A stretch of DNA of 62,943 nt, the filler included, from Basidiobolus meristosporus CBS 931.73 (taxonomy: Eukaryota > Fungi > Basidiobolomycota), in assembly GCA_002104905.1 (NCBI GenBank). It is 4 parts of 4 records of this genome, joined end to end, with 100 filler letters (N's around TTAATTAATTAA, not from the genome) between each part and the next. Parts side by side here need not be neighbours in the genome. Positions count along the whole stretch, not along the records: positions 16,554 to 39,981 come from MCFE01000966.1; positions 40,082 to 51,736 come from MCFE01001269.1; 2 more parts are not named here. One strand, given 5' to 3'. Under the pieces are notes generated by a model. That model saw only the letters and a list, made by a program, of their open reading frames with translations. It did no database searches and had not been told where the DNA came from. Made by a program: the position numbers and the translations under genes. Position 1 is the stretch's first letter. Each line of letters starts with the position of its first letter. Below are positions 37,401 to 50,745 of the stretch, piece by piece.

Positions 37401-39142
37401 ATACAAAGCAAGACTTGTAGCCAAAGGATACTCTCAAACAAAAGGACTTGACTATACTGAGACCTTTGCACCGGTAGCCAAGTTTAATTCCATCAGATTA
37501 ATATTGGCTATTGCAGCCAAATATAAGTTTTTTATTCATCAAATGGATGTAAAAACTGCATTTTTGAATGGAGAACTTGATGAGGACGTGTATATGGACC
37601 AGCCTGATGGGTTTGTTGACCAAGATAACCCCCATTTGGTCTGCAAGCTTAAAAAGTCACTATATGGTCTCAAACAATCACCAAGAGCCTGGAATTGCAA
37701 GATAGATTCTTATTTGGAATCTTTGAGTTTCAAAAGGAGTAATGCTGACTATAGTATATACTATAAGCCAGATAGAGCAAATCCAGTTCTATTAGCTCTA
37801 TATGTGGATGATCTTATTATAGCCGCCAATAACCTAGAAACATTGGAAGAGACTAAATCCAGCCTATCTAAGGAGTTCAAGATGTCCGATCTAGGAGAAC
37901 TTAGTTACTACTTAGGGATTAAGTTCTCCATAGACAGAAGTACCCAGACTATTACCCTAAGCCAATCCAAGTATATTCAAGATATACTAAAGAAGTACAA
38001 AATGGAAGACTGTAAACCGGCAGCTACCCCAATGGAGACAAACCTTAACTTGGTCAAAACTCAACCAAATCAAGAGAGCTTGGTGCCATCTGAAAGCCCT
38101 GACTTTCCTTATCAATCTATGGTCGGCAGTCTGATGTATATCATGCTTGGAACACGTCCAGATATCTCATATTCAGTGGGAGTTGTCAGCCAACATAATC
38201 AGAATTATGGATCTGATCATATTGCAGCAGTTAAGCGGATTTTTAGATACCTAAAAGGAACTGCTGATATCTGCTTAAGATACACTTATAAGGATTCAGA
38301 ACAGGATCTTGTGGGATACTCTGATGCTGATTGGGGACGAAATTTAGAAGACAGAAGATCCACCACAGGATACACCTTTCTTTACTGTAAAGGAGCCATT
38401 TCATGGAATTCAAGAAAGCAACCAACCGTAGCACTTTCTACTACAGAGGCAGAGTATATGGCAGCCTGTGAAGCTACAAAAGAAGCAATGTGGTTAAGAA
38501 AGCTCTTTACAGATTTAGGCCTATGTCAAAAAACGCCTATTACTTTATTTCAAGATAATCAAGGATGTATACAATTAGGTAGAAATCCAACTTTTCATGC
38601 TAGAACCAAGCACATAGATATTAGACATCATTTCATACGTGAAGCTATAGAGAATAACTTAGTTAGCTTAGTTTACTGTCCTACAGATGAAATGATTGCA
38701 GACATATTTACCAAACCATTAGCTAGAGACAAGTTTGAATATCTTAGGTCAAAATTAGGACTAGTCAGTATGAACATTTAGCTGAGTGGGAGTGTTGTAA
38801 AAATTCGTATTTTCCACCTAAATATTCACCTAACTTAGTCACTTAGATCATCACCTTCAAATCCTAGAGAATACTGACCAAATTCCTTGTCGGGATTTAC
38901 TTAGAATATTTTCACCAAAATACCAGGTACCCAGAACATGAAAATTCTCAAAGTTGTCCAAACAGCCCCAAACTTTGCACACATGTTCTTGGGACCTTCC
39001 TTAACCTATTCTACGTGTTTGTAATGCCAAGACCATGTAAAAGTATAAATACTACTTTTACATTCAATAAATCATTAAGTGAAAACCACATAATCTACTT
39101 GTTCTCCCAATCACTTCCAATATCTCCAAGACTCTTACAACA
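34455..39142 (+). mobile_element. Ty1/copia family A copy 1, full length with one +1 frameshift
   Basis: 350-bp LTRs at 34455-34804 and 38793-39142 (2 differences seen); PBS 34805-34816; PPT gagtgggag. An extra C near 36111 (gattatcttgcat vs gattatttgcgt) makes it 4688 bp vs 4687 bp for copy 2. No 5-bp TSD. Confidence 0.95.
34809..38781 (+). pseudogene. Copia A gag-pol split by a single frameshift
   Basis: ORFs 34677-36119 and 36055-38781 together are nearly identical to the 55150-59253 ORF. Confidence 0.9.
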
Positions 39143-39981
39143 TGTTTGACATATGCCTAAATCTGTAAAAAGCTTTCTTAACCACATTGCTTCTTTTGTA
39201 GCTTCACAGGCTGCCATATACTCTGCCTCTGTAGTAGAAAGTGCTACGGTTGGTTGCTTTCTTGAATTCCATGAAATTGCTCCTTTACAGTAAAGAAAGG
39301 TGTATCCTGTGGTGGATCTTCTGTCTTCCAAATTTTGTCCCCAATCAGCATCAGAGTATCCCACAAGATCCTGTTCTGAATCCTTATAAGTGTATCTTAA
39401 GCAGATATCAGCAGTTCCTTTTAGGTATCTAAAAATCCGCTTAACTGCTGCAATATGATCAGATCCATAGTTCTGATTATGTTGGCTGACAACTCCCACT
39501 GAATATGAGATATCTGGACATGTTCCAAGCATGATATACATCAGACTGCCACCATAGATTGATAAGGAAAGTCAGGGCTTTCAGATGGCACCAAGCTCTC
39601 TTGATTTGGTTGAGTTTTGACCAAGTTAAGGTTTGTCTCCATTGGGGTAGCTGCTGGTTTACAGTCTTCCATTTGGTACTTCTTTAGTATATCTTGAATA
39701 TACTTGGATTGGACTTAGGGTGATAGTCTGGGTACTTCTGTCTATGGAGAACTTAATCCCTAAGTAGTAACTGAGTTCTCCTAGATCTGGACATCTTGAA
39801 CTCCTTAGATAGGCTGGATTTAGTCTCTTCCAATGTTTCTAGGTTATTGGCGCTATAATAAGATCATCCACATATAGAGCTAATAGAACTGGATTTGCTC
39901 TATCTGGCTTATAGTATATACTATAGTCAGCATTACTCCTTTTGAAACTCAAAGATTCCAAATAAGAATCTATCTTGCAAT
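39143..39981 (-). mobile_element. Older copia A RT/RNase H fragment; right host of copy 1
   Basis: ORF 39095-39541; CpG-decayed relative to the intact copy (gggacaaa vs gggacgaa). Confidence 0.9.
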
Positions 39982-40081
39982 NNNNNNNNNNNNNNNNNNN
40001 NNNNNNNNNNNNNNNNNNNNNNNNNTTAATTAATTAANNNNNNNNNNNNNNNNNNNNNNNNNNNNNNNNNNNNNNNNNNNN
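39982..40081. other. Artificial contig spacer
   Basis: 44 N + TTAATTAATTAA + 44 N. Confidence 0.97.
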
Positions 40082-41163
40082 GATGTTGGCTCATGGTAAC
40101 CCGGAATCACCCCCTCCCCAAGTGCAAGGTCACCGGAGTCGAAGATCGCCTCGACCCTACTATCGCATCGATTGTGAATTTCTGTTCCCGATATATATGT
40201 AAATGTGTGTTATTAATTCTCGTGCGTATTCGTACAACGTATATTTTTCTAATTTTCCCGGTCAGCCAACATTCTACGAGAGATACAACAGGAGACGGCT
40301 AGAGATCTCTCCATCACATGTTCCATGTAGCATCCACCTATCCCCTTTCTCCCAACCAGTCTCCGTGTACTTTCTTCCCAACAGACAATAATCTAACCAT
40401 CCACTATATGTATGTGATTCACGAGTGTCGAAACCCCCCATCAAGCGTACAGGGTCCGCGCAGGATGATATCGACCGAATCCAAGGTTCCACCATCCACC
40501 AGGGTGGGAATCCCATTCTTGTGCGCCCAAGTATTCCAACCGATTCTGATTAAAATTATTTTTCTACCTCGACCACGTTCTGACCAATGTCACCATCGCC
40601 CGCACCCATTACCTCCCACACAGAGGACCGGGTGGTGCGGTTCAAAGTGGGAGCCAATAAAAAAAATCGAGATTTACTCAGTATCTACTATCTTTTTTCC
40701 CAGTTATTCTCACCATGAGCGTTAGCTCAATACTGATGTCCCTAACTGAAGTAATCATCATAGTAAATTTCGATTGTGATGGCGGATTCGATCTCCGGAC
40801 TTTTAATCAACGGACGACCGCCTAAGACCGTGAAGACATCTACACGATCTACGAATAGAAAGAAAAATGATTAAAATATTGGATTTGAAATCAAGCACGA
40901 ATAAATTCAATGCCAGTGTCATGTCTTCTGGGAGCACTGTATGGAAAGTGTTGCAATGGAGATTTGGATACATACGCAGCAGATGCGGAGTATATTATGC
41001 GTGTTCAGATCTATGTGCGGCTTCATTTAGATTGGTCTTGACAAAGAATGTAGGTATTTACAAATTCAAGTCTAAGCGCACAGATAGTTCGAGTAAAAAT
41101 ACATCGGTAATCACCCAGGATTTGAAGTAGTAGAAATACACGAAAGTACAGTATCATTAGTGG

Positions 41164-41871
41164 TCAGAAATAGTCGGATAACTCGAGATCCCAATTGGAT
41201 ATAGATTCATCCCAGCAAGACGCCTGATTCTCAAAATCCAATGGTGTTAAAGGCAACTCCTCCAAAAGATTGGGTAACTGTGTATTTGTAGGGAAACACC
41301 AGGATTGGGCTCGAATCTTCTCCACGTGCGAAGTGAATTCTTCCAAGAAAAGCAACCATGTCTGATATTGCTCACAATTCAAAAACAAATCAAAATTGCT
41401 GCTTAGAAAGCGCATCTCTAACTGATTCAACTCCTCTACGGAAATCCCGCTGGCGGTGGACCATGATCGATTGTTGTATGCAACATCCTCGTGGAATTTC
41501 ATGGCCAACATGAAGGCGACAGTGACCAGTTGGCATTCGTCGAATAAATCAGACTCTTCGGGATAGCCTTGGCGATAGCGATGAAGGTACATAAGACCAA
41601 TGATGATGACGGACCATGAGAGCTGTGTACGATGTAACAGGAATTGGCAAAATTGTTTGAAACAGAGTGGAGCGAAGCAAGTAAAAGGGACATCGTTCAT
41701 GTGCCATATGGAATAGCACAAGTCGGCAACCACATCAACCATCTCCGTGTAGTCCATGGTGTCATCCGGATTATTGGCGACCTTGATGGTGTTGGGCCAT
41801 AGTTTGCAGAACGATAAATCATCAACCAAGTGGTCAAATAGCGAATTCGGTAATGAGCCTAATGCATCCAT
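41164..41871 (-). CDS. PHO80/PCL-like cyclin-fold protein, intronless, 235 aa
   Basis: LLHRTQLSWSVIIIGLMYLHRY..VAFMLAMKFHEDVAYNNRSWSTASGISVEELNQLEMRFL fits the Pho80-type cyclin box (LA.KF.DD..Y.N..W...G....ELN.LE..FL). Confidence 0.85.
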   Translation of the reverse strand: MDALGSLPNSLFDHLVDDLSFCKLWPNTIKVANNPDDTMDYTEMVDVVADLCYSIWHMNDVPFTCFAPLCFKQFCQFLLHRTQLSWSVIIIGLMYLHRYRQGYPEESDLFDECQLVTVAFMLAMKFHEDVAYNNRSWSTASGISVEELNQLEMRFLSSNFDLFLNCEQYQTWLLFLEEFTSHVEKIRAQSWCFPTNTQLPNLLEELPLTPLDFENQASCWDESISNWDLELSDYF

Positions 41872-44224
41872 AGTCTAGTGTAAATATGGGTTCATCGAAA
41901 TGTGTGTGAATGTGTAGCAAGATTTGGGAATTTGGGTTGGCTTTTATACGATCCAGGACTGAATTGAATATATTTACAGAACGAGTTAAGGCACATCCAC
42001 CCAGCCATCCTCCGGCTGTGTTACATGCTCTCCCCTCACCCTCAAACTCAATCAGTTCTAAAATAAGCCGATATAAAAAGCAACAGCATCCGCGCAGGAT
42101 GATTGGTCGGAAGCAATAATAACAAAAGAATTAAACTAAATTAGATTGCCATTCGCAGGCATTCACTGGCATTCACTGATTAGATACCAGCCATTCAACG
42201 AGCCATTCAACCAATTTTCAGATCCTTGTCCTCCTTAACCGGACAGGCATAGTCATGTATCGCTTCTATATGGGTCATAGAATACGAATCGATATCTAAT
42301 GATATTCCATACGTGAAAGCCACCTAATCACACAAACCTCACCAAAACTGCCCACTTCGTTCCATGCACGAATCTGCAAGCGGATAATTATTTTCTACAT
42401 TTGCGAAGCTTAGGGGTGGCCAAATCGAAAACGGAAGGCATCAGGTAAATCACAATGTAAAACGATCTCGATCCCGAGTCTCACCTGCCCAATAGGCTCC
42501 ATGGATGAAACCAGAGGTGAGAGATGGGACTTTGGCTGAGTTTTGGCAAATGGAATCCCAGTGGGTGACTGGCCTAGAAGTCGTGGATATTCCACGAGGT
42601 CAGCCCTGGAAGATTTGGCGATGATATGAACTTTATTTATCGATGAATCATCACCAAACATCTCCATTAATTCTCACTCGCCAATTGATTAGAGTTTCAG
42701 CATGTATCCCCCTGATACACGCGAGTTCTGGTGTGCGATGTTGTTATGCACCTTCCTAGTGAAAGGCCAAGCCCAACTCGTCAACCACCAAGTCGTATTT
42801 GGGTGGTGGCATCGCGAAAGGAATTCCCGAAATCATTGCGTTTAGTTTAATTGAATTCCTATTTCCTTAGGAAGGTGCATGATTGTCGTAGGCATTTCTG
42901 GAAATCCCGTTTCATCCTGATGTCAAACGTCCAGCAGATGTGGCATCTTGTATCATTTGCTAACCGTTTGATCACTTCCCTTTGTTCTCACTACCCTGTA
43001 CGATCCGTTTGAAATGCTTGTCAATAAACATGCATCACGTTCAAGCAATATTTTATTCATGCTGAATACATGTTACACATGAACGAATCAGCTCACCATG
43101 TAGATTGCTCGATTCTCGGCCCTGCCCCCACACATTCATCATATGTTGGCACAGGTTTTTCTTTAGATGGGCTCGTGTGACCACTTTAGCTTAATGTAGC
43201 CATGTACCATGTAAAGCTCCCATTCACAAAGATCCCACAAGCATCTATATGGCCCCTTACACAATGCTTAAACTTGGGCCAATGTATGGCATGCTGCATA
43301 CGTACTAATTCCATCATTGACTTATATGAGGTAGCGCCGTATCTAGACATTTAGGAACAGAATCATGCCCTGAATTCTGCTAATCATCGCCACCACCCAC
43401 TCATAGGATGCATAGAGGAAACAGGAGAGTGTTTAATGAGAGTGAGGCACTTATTGCATAATGGAATACGGGCGATGATGTGGGCGACGAGGCATCCTCA
43501 ATAAACGATGTGATGAAGGATGACGGTTGTTGGGCTTTCGGGAGAGAATGCTCAATCGTTAGCACCTTGTCATGTCGGATATCAATATCATGGCCACATC
43601 TTTGATCGACTTTTACTACAGCACCCGTAACTATAGTGGCTGAATAAACCCGCTGTTCTTTATGTATGAGTAGCGGAAGTAGAAATCCCCTGCAAGAGTG
43701 TCGCTAATATTCCCCTGTTTAGAGAGAAGCTTCTATGTTAGCTATCGAGGAGTTAAAGATACCACCGTTTTACCGGAAACGGGTTCAACATGGCGTCTCC
43801 GCACTCGATGTTCAGCTCTCTCACCCACAACAAGGCTCTCTTATCATCAGCGCTACCTGTCAACTCTTGGTGTTTTCACCTTAACAATCCAGTATCATGT
43901 CCTTATGTTTGCTTTGAACTCAGATTGATGGAGAATCAACCCGCATTGCCTCCAACTCGTACCAGAGGGCAACATTGACTGAGTGTTCAACAATGTTTGC
44001 CACCTTGGATACGGTTAAATAGAGCACAATGAAGTATTCTCATTGCTTCGCTAGTAAACAATTTTCATTCAACCCTTGCCTATACAATTAACCCGATTTA
44101 TACGTCAATTTGGTCGGATTCACACATCAGACACAATAAAATAGGGCAAATCCATAGGAAATTCGCTTTTCATTTGACAATATTATGAGGCCAAAAAGCC
44201 GTCAAGGTTATTAAATACATGGGG

Positions 44225-46240
44225 TTAATATTTGTTGATTTTGATGGTGATCTCCTCGCCATTGGATTTTTGGTTGTAGCTCTGATGAGAGGCCTCAGAG
44301 GCATTGTAGCTGTAGGTTCTGCTTTGTTGCTGTTGTCCATAATTGTGACTATACTGGCTAGCATTGCTATTGAAACTTTGTGCGCAGTGGTTGTTGCTGC
44401 TGTTGTGGTTTTGGGTATTGCTATTGCTGCTGCTAGCATAACGGCTTTCATTACTGCTGATGCTTTGGGCATCGCTACTGTTGCAGCTGTTAGCATATTG
44501 CTTCTCTAACTTTTGGGAGTCGCAGGAGTTTGAGTAAACAGATTGCCCATAGGAATGGCTGCTGCTAGTGTAAGCTTTCTGCTGATGACGTTGCTCGTTA
44601 GTGCTCACCTTTTGCGAATAGTTTTGTCCAAATTGCGCTTCAGTAGCACCTGCACCCATAGCGGTGGTTGAAGAAATTCCTCCCGAGACGAGATTAATCA
44701 ATCCATCATAATAATGGGCACCTGACCACTTTTGATGTTGAAGAGTATCCACGCTGTAGTTGCGCTCCTTGCGCTGGATGCCTTCAACGTAAGCCAACAT
44801 TCCTCTGGAGGCAAAGTCACGTGAAAACAGGTCAATGCTCAATGCATCACAATGAAATCCAGCAACAGTGATAAACTGCCAACAGTAGCCACTACGACCC
44901 AGATCCCAAATGAATGAGCCAATCTCACTGTCCGACATTCCACAGGCGTCCCAATTGAAGGATGGTGAGAGGTTGTAGGCAAGCTTGGCATGAGGATACT
45001 TCTTATGAACTCCTTCAGCGAATTGCTTAGCCTCATGCAAGAGAGGTCTTGAAGTTTCCATCCACAAAAGATCGGAATAAGGCGAGTACGCAATTGCACG
45101 GGCAACACTACTCTTTATGCCACCCAAGTACCTGTAGAAACCTTCGGCGGTACGAGGCTTCTCCCAATCAAACTCAATCTCGAAGCCAAGGGATTTGGCC
45201 AAGCGACGAGCATCGGTGTTGGAAAGGTTTTCCACTCCGCAATACCATTTAGTCAAGATCTTTTCCTTTTCGGCGTGGCAAGACTTCTGGATGGCCATTG
45301 CCACCGCTTCAATGTAAGTCTGAATGTTGGCATCTTCCAACCATTGAGCTTCCATGCGGTTGATTTCGATAGGGTTCATACCGGCAACTCGACACTCCTC
45401 CAACACCTCAGCCAATGGACGAAGATGCTTGCAAGTGGTACCAAGAATGAATGGATGGTCACGTTTGTCAATGGTACTGGTGATATAAGAAGCTGCCTCG
45501 GCATCGGTTCTCGAGATAATTAGATTCTCGACTCCCATGATATCAAACTGGGCTCGGACAGCAACCAAACGGTTGATATGTTCCGAAACTGGAACCAGCA
45601 CTTTCCCAGCCATATGGCCACATTTCTTAGTTCCAGGAGCCTGATCCTCCAGGTGGATACCTGCTGCTCCACGTTCCACAAACATCTTCGCCAGCTTCAT
45701 GACCGCGGTGATTCCGCCATGACCCGCATCGGCGTCCGCGATGATTGGACGGAGATAGTCATACTCCTGGGTAGTGGCCCTTAACTTGGCATCCATGTTG
45801 ATTCGATCCTCACGCTGCTTTCTATCGTGGAATTGCTGGGCAAGGAATAGCTGATGCACTTTGTTTGGAACAGTGTCCATTGGGTAGTCAGCAAGGTCTG
45901 GCCCGGGCTCGTTGGAGGTAGAAGCAGTGGAGGAGCTTTGCCATCCAGAGACATATACTGTCTCTAGGTATTTGGACATACAGGTCACCTGAACAGGATC
46001 CAGAGAGCCAAAGGTATGGGATGCGGTGCCATTCTGGAAGTGCTGGTTCACAATCTTCCAAAGTTTTTTGGCCATGGTGTTCGAGGGATATTGGATGTTC
46101 AAGGTTCCCCGCTTGGAAACAATGGATTCAGCAGTGTACGGACGAGTGACATGGGTGAAGCGGGAGTTTCTCCACCAAGCACGCACCTGTTCGCACTCAT
46201 CAGTGAAAAGCCCGGTTTCGTCGAAGTTACGAGTATGCAT
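44225..46240 (-). CDS. ICL1: Isocitrate lyase with a 134-aa low-complexity C-terminal extension (671 aa)
   Basis: Catalytic [55 protein letters not shown]. No intron is needed. Confidence 0.93.
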   Translation of the reverse strand: MHTRNFDETGLFTDECEQVRAWWRNSRFTHVTRPYTAESIVSKRGTLNIQYPSNTMAKKLWKIVNQHFQNGTASHTFGSLDPVQVTCMSKYLETVYVSGWQSSSTASTSNEPGPDLADYPMDTVPNKVHQLFLAQQFHDRKQREDRINMDAKLRATTQEYDYLRPIIADADAGHGGITAVMKLAKMFVERGAAGIHLEDQAPGTKKCGHMAGKVLVPVSEHINRLVAVRAQFDIMGVENLIISRTDAEAASYITSTIDKRDHPFILGTTCKHLRPLAEVLEECRVAGMNPIEINRMEAQWLEDANIQTYIEAVAMAIQKSCHAEKEKILTKWYCGVENLSNTDARRLAKSLGFEIEFDWEKPRTAEGFYRYLGGIKSSVARAIAYSPYSDLLWMETSRPLLHEAKQFAEGVHKKYPHAKLAYNLSPSFNWDACGMSDSEIGSFIWDLGRSGYCWQFITVAGFHCDALSIDLFSRDFASRGMLAYVEGIQRKERNYSVDTLQHQKWSGAHYYDGLINLVSGGISSTTAMGAGATEAQFGQNYSQKVSTNEQRHQQKAYTSSSHSYGQSVYSNSCDSQKLEKQYANSCNSSDAQSISSNESRYASSSNSNTQNHNSSNNHCAQSFNSNASQYSHNYGQQQQSRTYSYNASEASHQSYNQKSNGEEITIKINKY

Positions 46241-46327
46241 GGTTTCTTACGGCACTCCACTGGCACTGTTATCTCAGAAGGAAAGTAAGGCAGAATAACT
46301 GTCTCCTGTACTGAGCCGATGCTGGCT

Positions 46328-46335
46328 TATTTATA
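46328..46335 (-). promoter_or_regulatory. Probable TATA box of ICL1
   Basis: TATAAATA on the minus strand about 90 bp upstream of the ATG. Confidence 0.5.
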
Positions 46336-48045
46336 CTCTGAGATGAGAAGTTCATCCCGATAGTATACGTAAATGGCGCCTATAGAGTTACATTAGAAAA
46401 TAAGGGACATCAGACCATCATTAATGCATCCCCAAGGCATCCGGATTGGGCTGAGAAGAAAGATTTGACTTAATACGGTCGAGCACACTGGCGAATCCTA
46501 GTGGTGGTATTATGGACTAGTGGACTAAGCCATCCACCATCCCCTTGGAAACCGGAGTGGATCGAGATCAATACTGTGAAACAGAGATCCAGTTTTCGAA
46601 GCCACCTACCAGACACGTGATCCATTGTTAAGGTGCTGATGTGCTGATGTGGCAAGTACAGATATGATATTTTCCTAACGGCTCAAGAGCATTTAAGCAG
46701 CTGAGGAACACGTCGAAACCCTCCTGGAGCAGCATCCTCCATCATTTCGAATTATCACCTCATCGGACCCCTTTCAAGCGATCAACAGAAATAAAGTGGA
46801 AATGACTCAGTCTGTGTTCTACACGATAATGGGAATAGCTGAACAATTTATGATGATTTGAATGTATTGTATACAGTGATAACAGTGATAAAGTAGATAT
46901 CTCTATTGCAAATTAAGAAGGGACCAGGAAGCCAACAAAACATTGGTCCAACAGGATATCAGTGCTAACCCACGAATGGACATTCACTATGAATATCCAC
47001 GATATTAGTGAAATCTCGAGAATGACAAGAACCAGCACAATGAACACTTACTAAATAACTTTGTGGCATCTCTACCGGCCGCTCGCATCAGTTCCTTTTT
47101 CCCTACAATGGTCGGTTGTTGAGTTATCGGTATTTGGAGACACTTCTGTAACACCTACCTCCAGGATGAAAGTTTAGATATGCTGTCAAGTTGTACACCT
47201 TTCCTTGAATAGCGCACCAGGCATCGGTCTCGCTTTTGTGTTTCTTAAGGTCTTCTAGTGTGTATTTTCCAATGCAAGGAACCCCCTATTCCAATCATCA
47301 TCAGTACGCCATTATTGAAAAATCCCGATGGAATATTACTGTACTCTCAAGTCGGCACCCGAGTTTTTAAGTTTGGCCCAGTCCAAGGGTGAATGGCCTG
47401 GTTCCAGTGCAACTTTCACACGCCTGGGTTTCTTTTTGGTCTGTAATGGAGCTACCATCTGGGGCCCATTGGGAAGGGGGAATATGGATGTATCCTTATC
47501 CTCTGCTTAACCGCAATCAGTCGAGCGAACAGTAAGGCTTGGCGTATCAAAGTTACCTTCTTGTGTAGACAACGAAAACTTAATGCTAGGGGCAGCAAAC
47601 TCCGAGGAATCCATAACTTCACCAACTCACTTCTGTAATACTATCTCTGGAAGTCCCAGCAACCAATATATAGAGGGGTATTCCAATTTATTACTAATCT
47701 TCCAGCCCTCCTTACACAATGGAAGAGTCACATGAGCCAGGTCGATGTAATTTCTTGATTAGAACAGTAAACCAATCTACGTGACTTCGAACTTGGTCTT
47801 AGGAAAAAAAGAAAAAAATTCCAAATTGGCGATCGGTCGAAATCTTTTTTTTTCAAATCGGACTTGTGGATTTCGTGCCAAGTGGTTAAAGACAAGAGTA
47901 ACTGGGTAGTTCCGATTTGGAGTATCTTTCGAGGTTCCTTATACCTAACAACCTTCCTTTACGAACTTGACTGGAATATCTCCTCCCCATTCAGTACCTT
48001 ATATCACCGCATAGTTCATTTCTGTTTCTCTGATAATATAATAAG

Positions 48046-50618
48046 ATGGCTGCCGACTTTGTTATGACCATTGATGAGGAGGACGTCGTTCCTCTATTGG
48101 ACGAAGAGGAGACAATGGAGACACAAGAAGTAACCCAATTCGTTCAGTACTTGCTTCCTGAAATAGATAAATAACCCATTCTGTGGTGAATATTAGACAA
48201 CTAAAAAGAAGAATTACAAGAAGAAACAAAAGAAAGATGAAGATGCCATTAACCCAGGATTCAGATTCGATTTGGCTGGTGATTCGGTCAACAGCATCAT
48301 ACATACCCTGGATTTTACCGCTGCTAAAGCGGCTCTCAAAAAGAGAGACCACGTATGTCGCCTAGCTTCTCGATACTTCCTCTCTTCGTTCTCCAACTAA
48401 CATATTTTCTCCATACAGACCGCTAGTTACACGAGTCTAGATGAAAAAATCGCAAACAAGCGTCTTCAAATGAAGAGCAAAAAGAAATCTGCAGAGGAAG
48501 CTGAGCCAGAAGGTAACCGATATTACGATGATAGAAATAGCCCATCAGATATTAATATGTATTGGCTAAACCCAGATTCCGAAGACGATGGCTTGGATGC
48601 TGATAGTTCTTTCTTCATGGATGAAGATGACGATGAAGAGGAGGAGGATGTGCAGGAAGAGGACGAGGAGGAGGTAGAAATGGACGAAGAGGAAGATGCC
48701 GAAGAAAGCAACGATGATGAGGAAGATAGCGAGGAAGAGGAGGAGGAAGAGGAGATCGAAGAAGAGGAGGCTGATGACAGTGAAAGTGAAGACGAATATG
48801 AGAAGAGAGTAAGCCAGAACTATATAGCCTACACAAAGACGGACCTGAATGCTTAACACATTTTGATTAGCGTAAGGCAGCATACTTTGCCGCTCCTGAA
48901 GAGACCACAAGTGATGTGCCCGAATCCTTTGCCGGCATGAATCTATCGAGACCCATCATGAAGGGTCTCAGCAACATCGGGTTTGTCAAGCCCACACCCA
49001 TCCAGGCAAAGACCATTCCAATTGCTTTGCTTGGCAAGGATATTTGTGGTGGTGCAGTTACTGGCTCAGGTTAGCAATCCAAGCAAGATCTTCCAATTGA
49101 AGGCCGACTAACTTGAATTTAGGTAAAACCGGTGCTTTCATCGTCCCTATCCTCGAGCGTCTTCTCTACCGTCCTCGCCAAAATGCCGCCATTCGTGTGC
49201 TTATCCTCTGCCCTACTCGTGAGTTGGCCATCCAGTGTCACAGTGTTGGTACCAAACTCGCACAGTTCACCGATATCGATTTCTGCTTGTGCATTGGTGG
49301 GCTTTCGCTCAAAGTCCAAGAGATGGCCCTCAAGCAGCGCCCTGACGTTGTCATTGCCACTCCAGGTCGTTTGATTGATCACATCCACAACTCCCCCTCC
49401 TTTACCTTGGATCAGATTGAAATTCTTATTATGGACGAAGCTGACAGAATGCTGGAAGATGGTTTCACAGCCGAATTGACTGAGATCGTCAAAAACTGTC
49501 CCAAGTCCAGACAGACCATGCTCTTTTCCGCCACCATGACCGACAACGTCGATGAATTGATTAGATTGTCGCTCAACAAGCCAGTCAGATTGATGATTGA
49601 TTCGCCCAAATCCACAGCCGATAACTTGATCCAAGAGTTTGTCAGAGTTAGACAGCATCGCGAGGCTGATCGCTCGGCCATGCTTGCATCTCTTTGTAAG
49701 AAATACTTCAAAAAGAAGTGCATCATCTTCTTCAGAAGCAAGGCTTCCGCTCATCAGATGAAGATCATTTTCGGTTTGCTCGGCCTCAGAGCAGCTGAGC
49801 TTCACGGTAACTTGACCCAGGAGCAACGTCTCGAGGCTTTGGAGCAATTCCGTGATGAGAAAGTAGATTACCTTCTGGCTACGGACTTGGCGTCCCGTGG
49901 TCTCGATATCAAAGGAATCGAGACCGTCATCAATTTCAACATGCCTACCAGCTTTGCGCAATACCAGCATCGTGTTGGTCGTACTGCTCGTGCCGGGCGT
50001 AGCGGTAGATCGGTGACTCTTGTTGGCGAGGCGGATCGGAAAATGCTTCGCTTGGCTATCAAGCACTCGTCCAAAGAGAAAATCAAGAACCGCGTGTTGG
50101 GTCAAGAGTTGGTTCAGAAGTACAAGGAGAAGATCGACGGCTTGACCGAACAGGTGAAGGAGATCATGAAGGAAGAGAAGGACGAGAAGATGTTCCGCCA
50201 AGCGGAAATGGAAGTCACCAAAGCTCAAAACCTCATTGATCATGAGAAGGAGATTTACAGCCGCCCAGCAAGAACATGGTTCCAGTCGGAAAAGGAGCGT
50301 CAGAAGTCGAAGGATGTCGCTCTTGCTTCACATAATGCCAAATTCGAGCCCAAGAAGGTTCCCAACAGCAAGAAGAGACGTATGAAGTCTTCCGAAGACG
50401 TTCAGGTTGAAAATCAGCAAAAGAGATCGATCAGGGCAGCCAAGAAGGCGCTGCAACCCAAGAAGATCAACACTGTGATTGAGCGCAACGCCTCTGCAGC
50501 AGGCCCAGCAAAGAAGAAGCAGAAGAAGAACAGATCCTTTGCATCGGACTTGGCTGATGGCAGCAAGCGTAACGCTGGACCCAAACTCACCAGCAAGAAC
50601 AAGAAAGGAAGAAAATGA
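48046..50618 (+). CDS. DRS1: DEAD-box RNA helicase DRS1/DDX27; exons 48046-48129, 48197-48352, 48419-48512, 48576-48808, 48871-49069, 49123-50618
   Basis: Starts [12 protein letters not shown]; acidic N-terminal tract; Q motif [10 protein letters not shown]; GAVTGSGKT assembled across a GT-AG intron; [23 protein letters not shown]; C-terminal [15 protein letters not shown]. All five introns are GT-AG, 53-67 nt, and keep phase. Confidence 0.9.
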
Positions 50619-50745
50619 ACGCTTGCGCATTAATCATTAATTCGAATCACCCACTTCCCATCCACTGTTTCTTTTACTTTTCTTAGATAGTGTTATATAG
50701 ACTTGATACATAATTATTAAAAATCAGGACATGATTCAAACATGG

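Noticed and set aside
40093-41130. Several 60-135 aa ORFs downstream of the cyclin, and 43698-43978 downstream of ICL
   Set aside because: No recognisable domains, overlapping in several frames; consistent with chance ORFs.
42145-42215. Cluster of cattca motifs upstream of the cyclin gene
   Set aside because: Could be a promoter element, but four short copies in intergenic DNA are too weak to support a claim.
44170-44509. Very hydrophobic antisense ORF (44219-44509) and Ala/Thr-rich alternate-frame ORF (44170-44496)
   Set aside because: Expected shadows of the AGC/AAC/CAG-rich ICL tail codons.
49119-50243. 374-aa antisense ORF opposite DRS1 (and others at 48523-48910)
   Set aside because: Antisense shadows of a conserved, codon-biased gene and its acidic tract; no independent signals.
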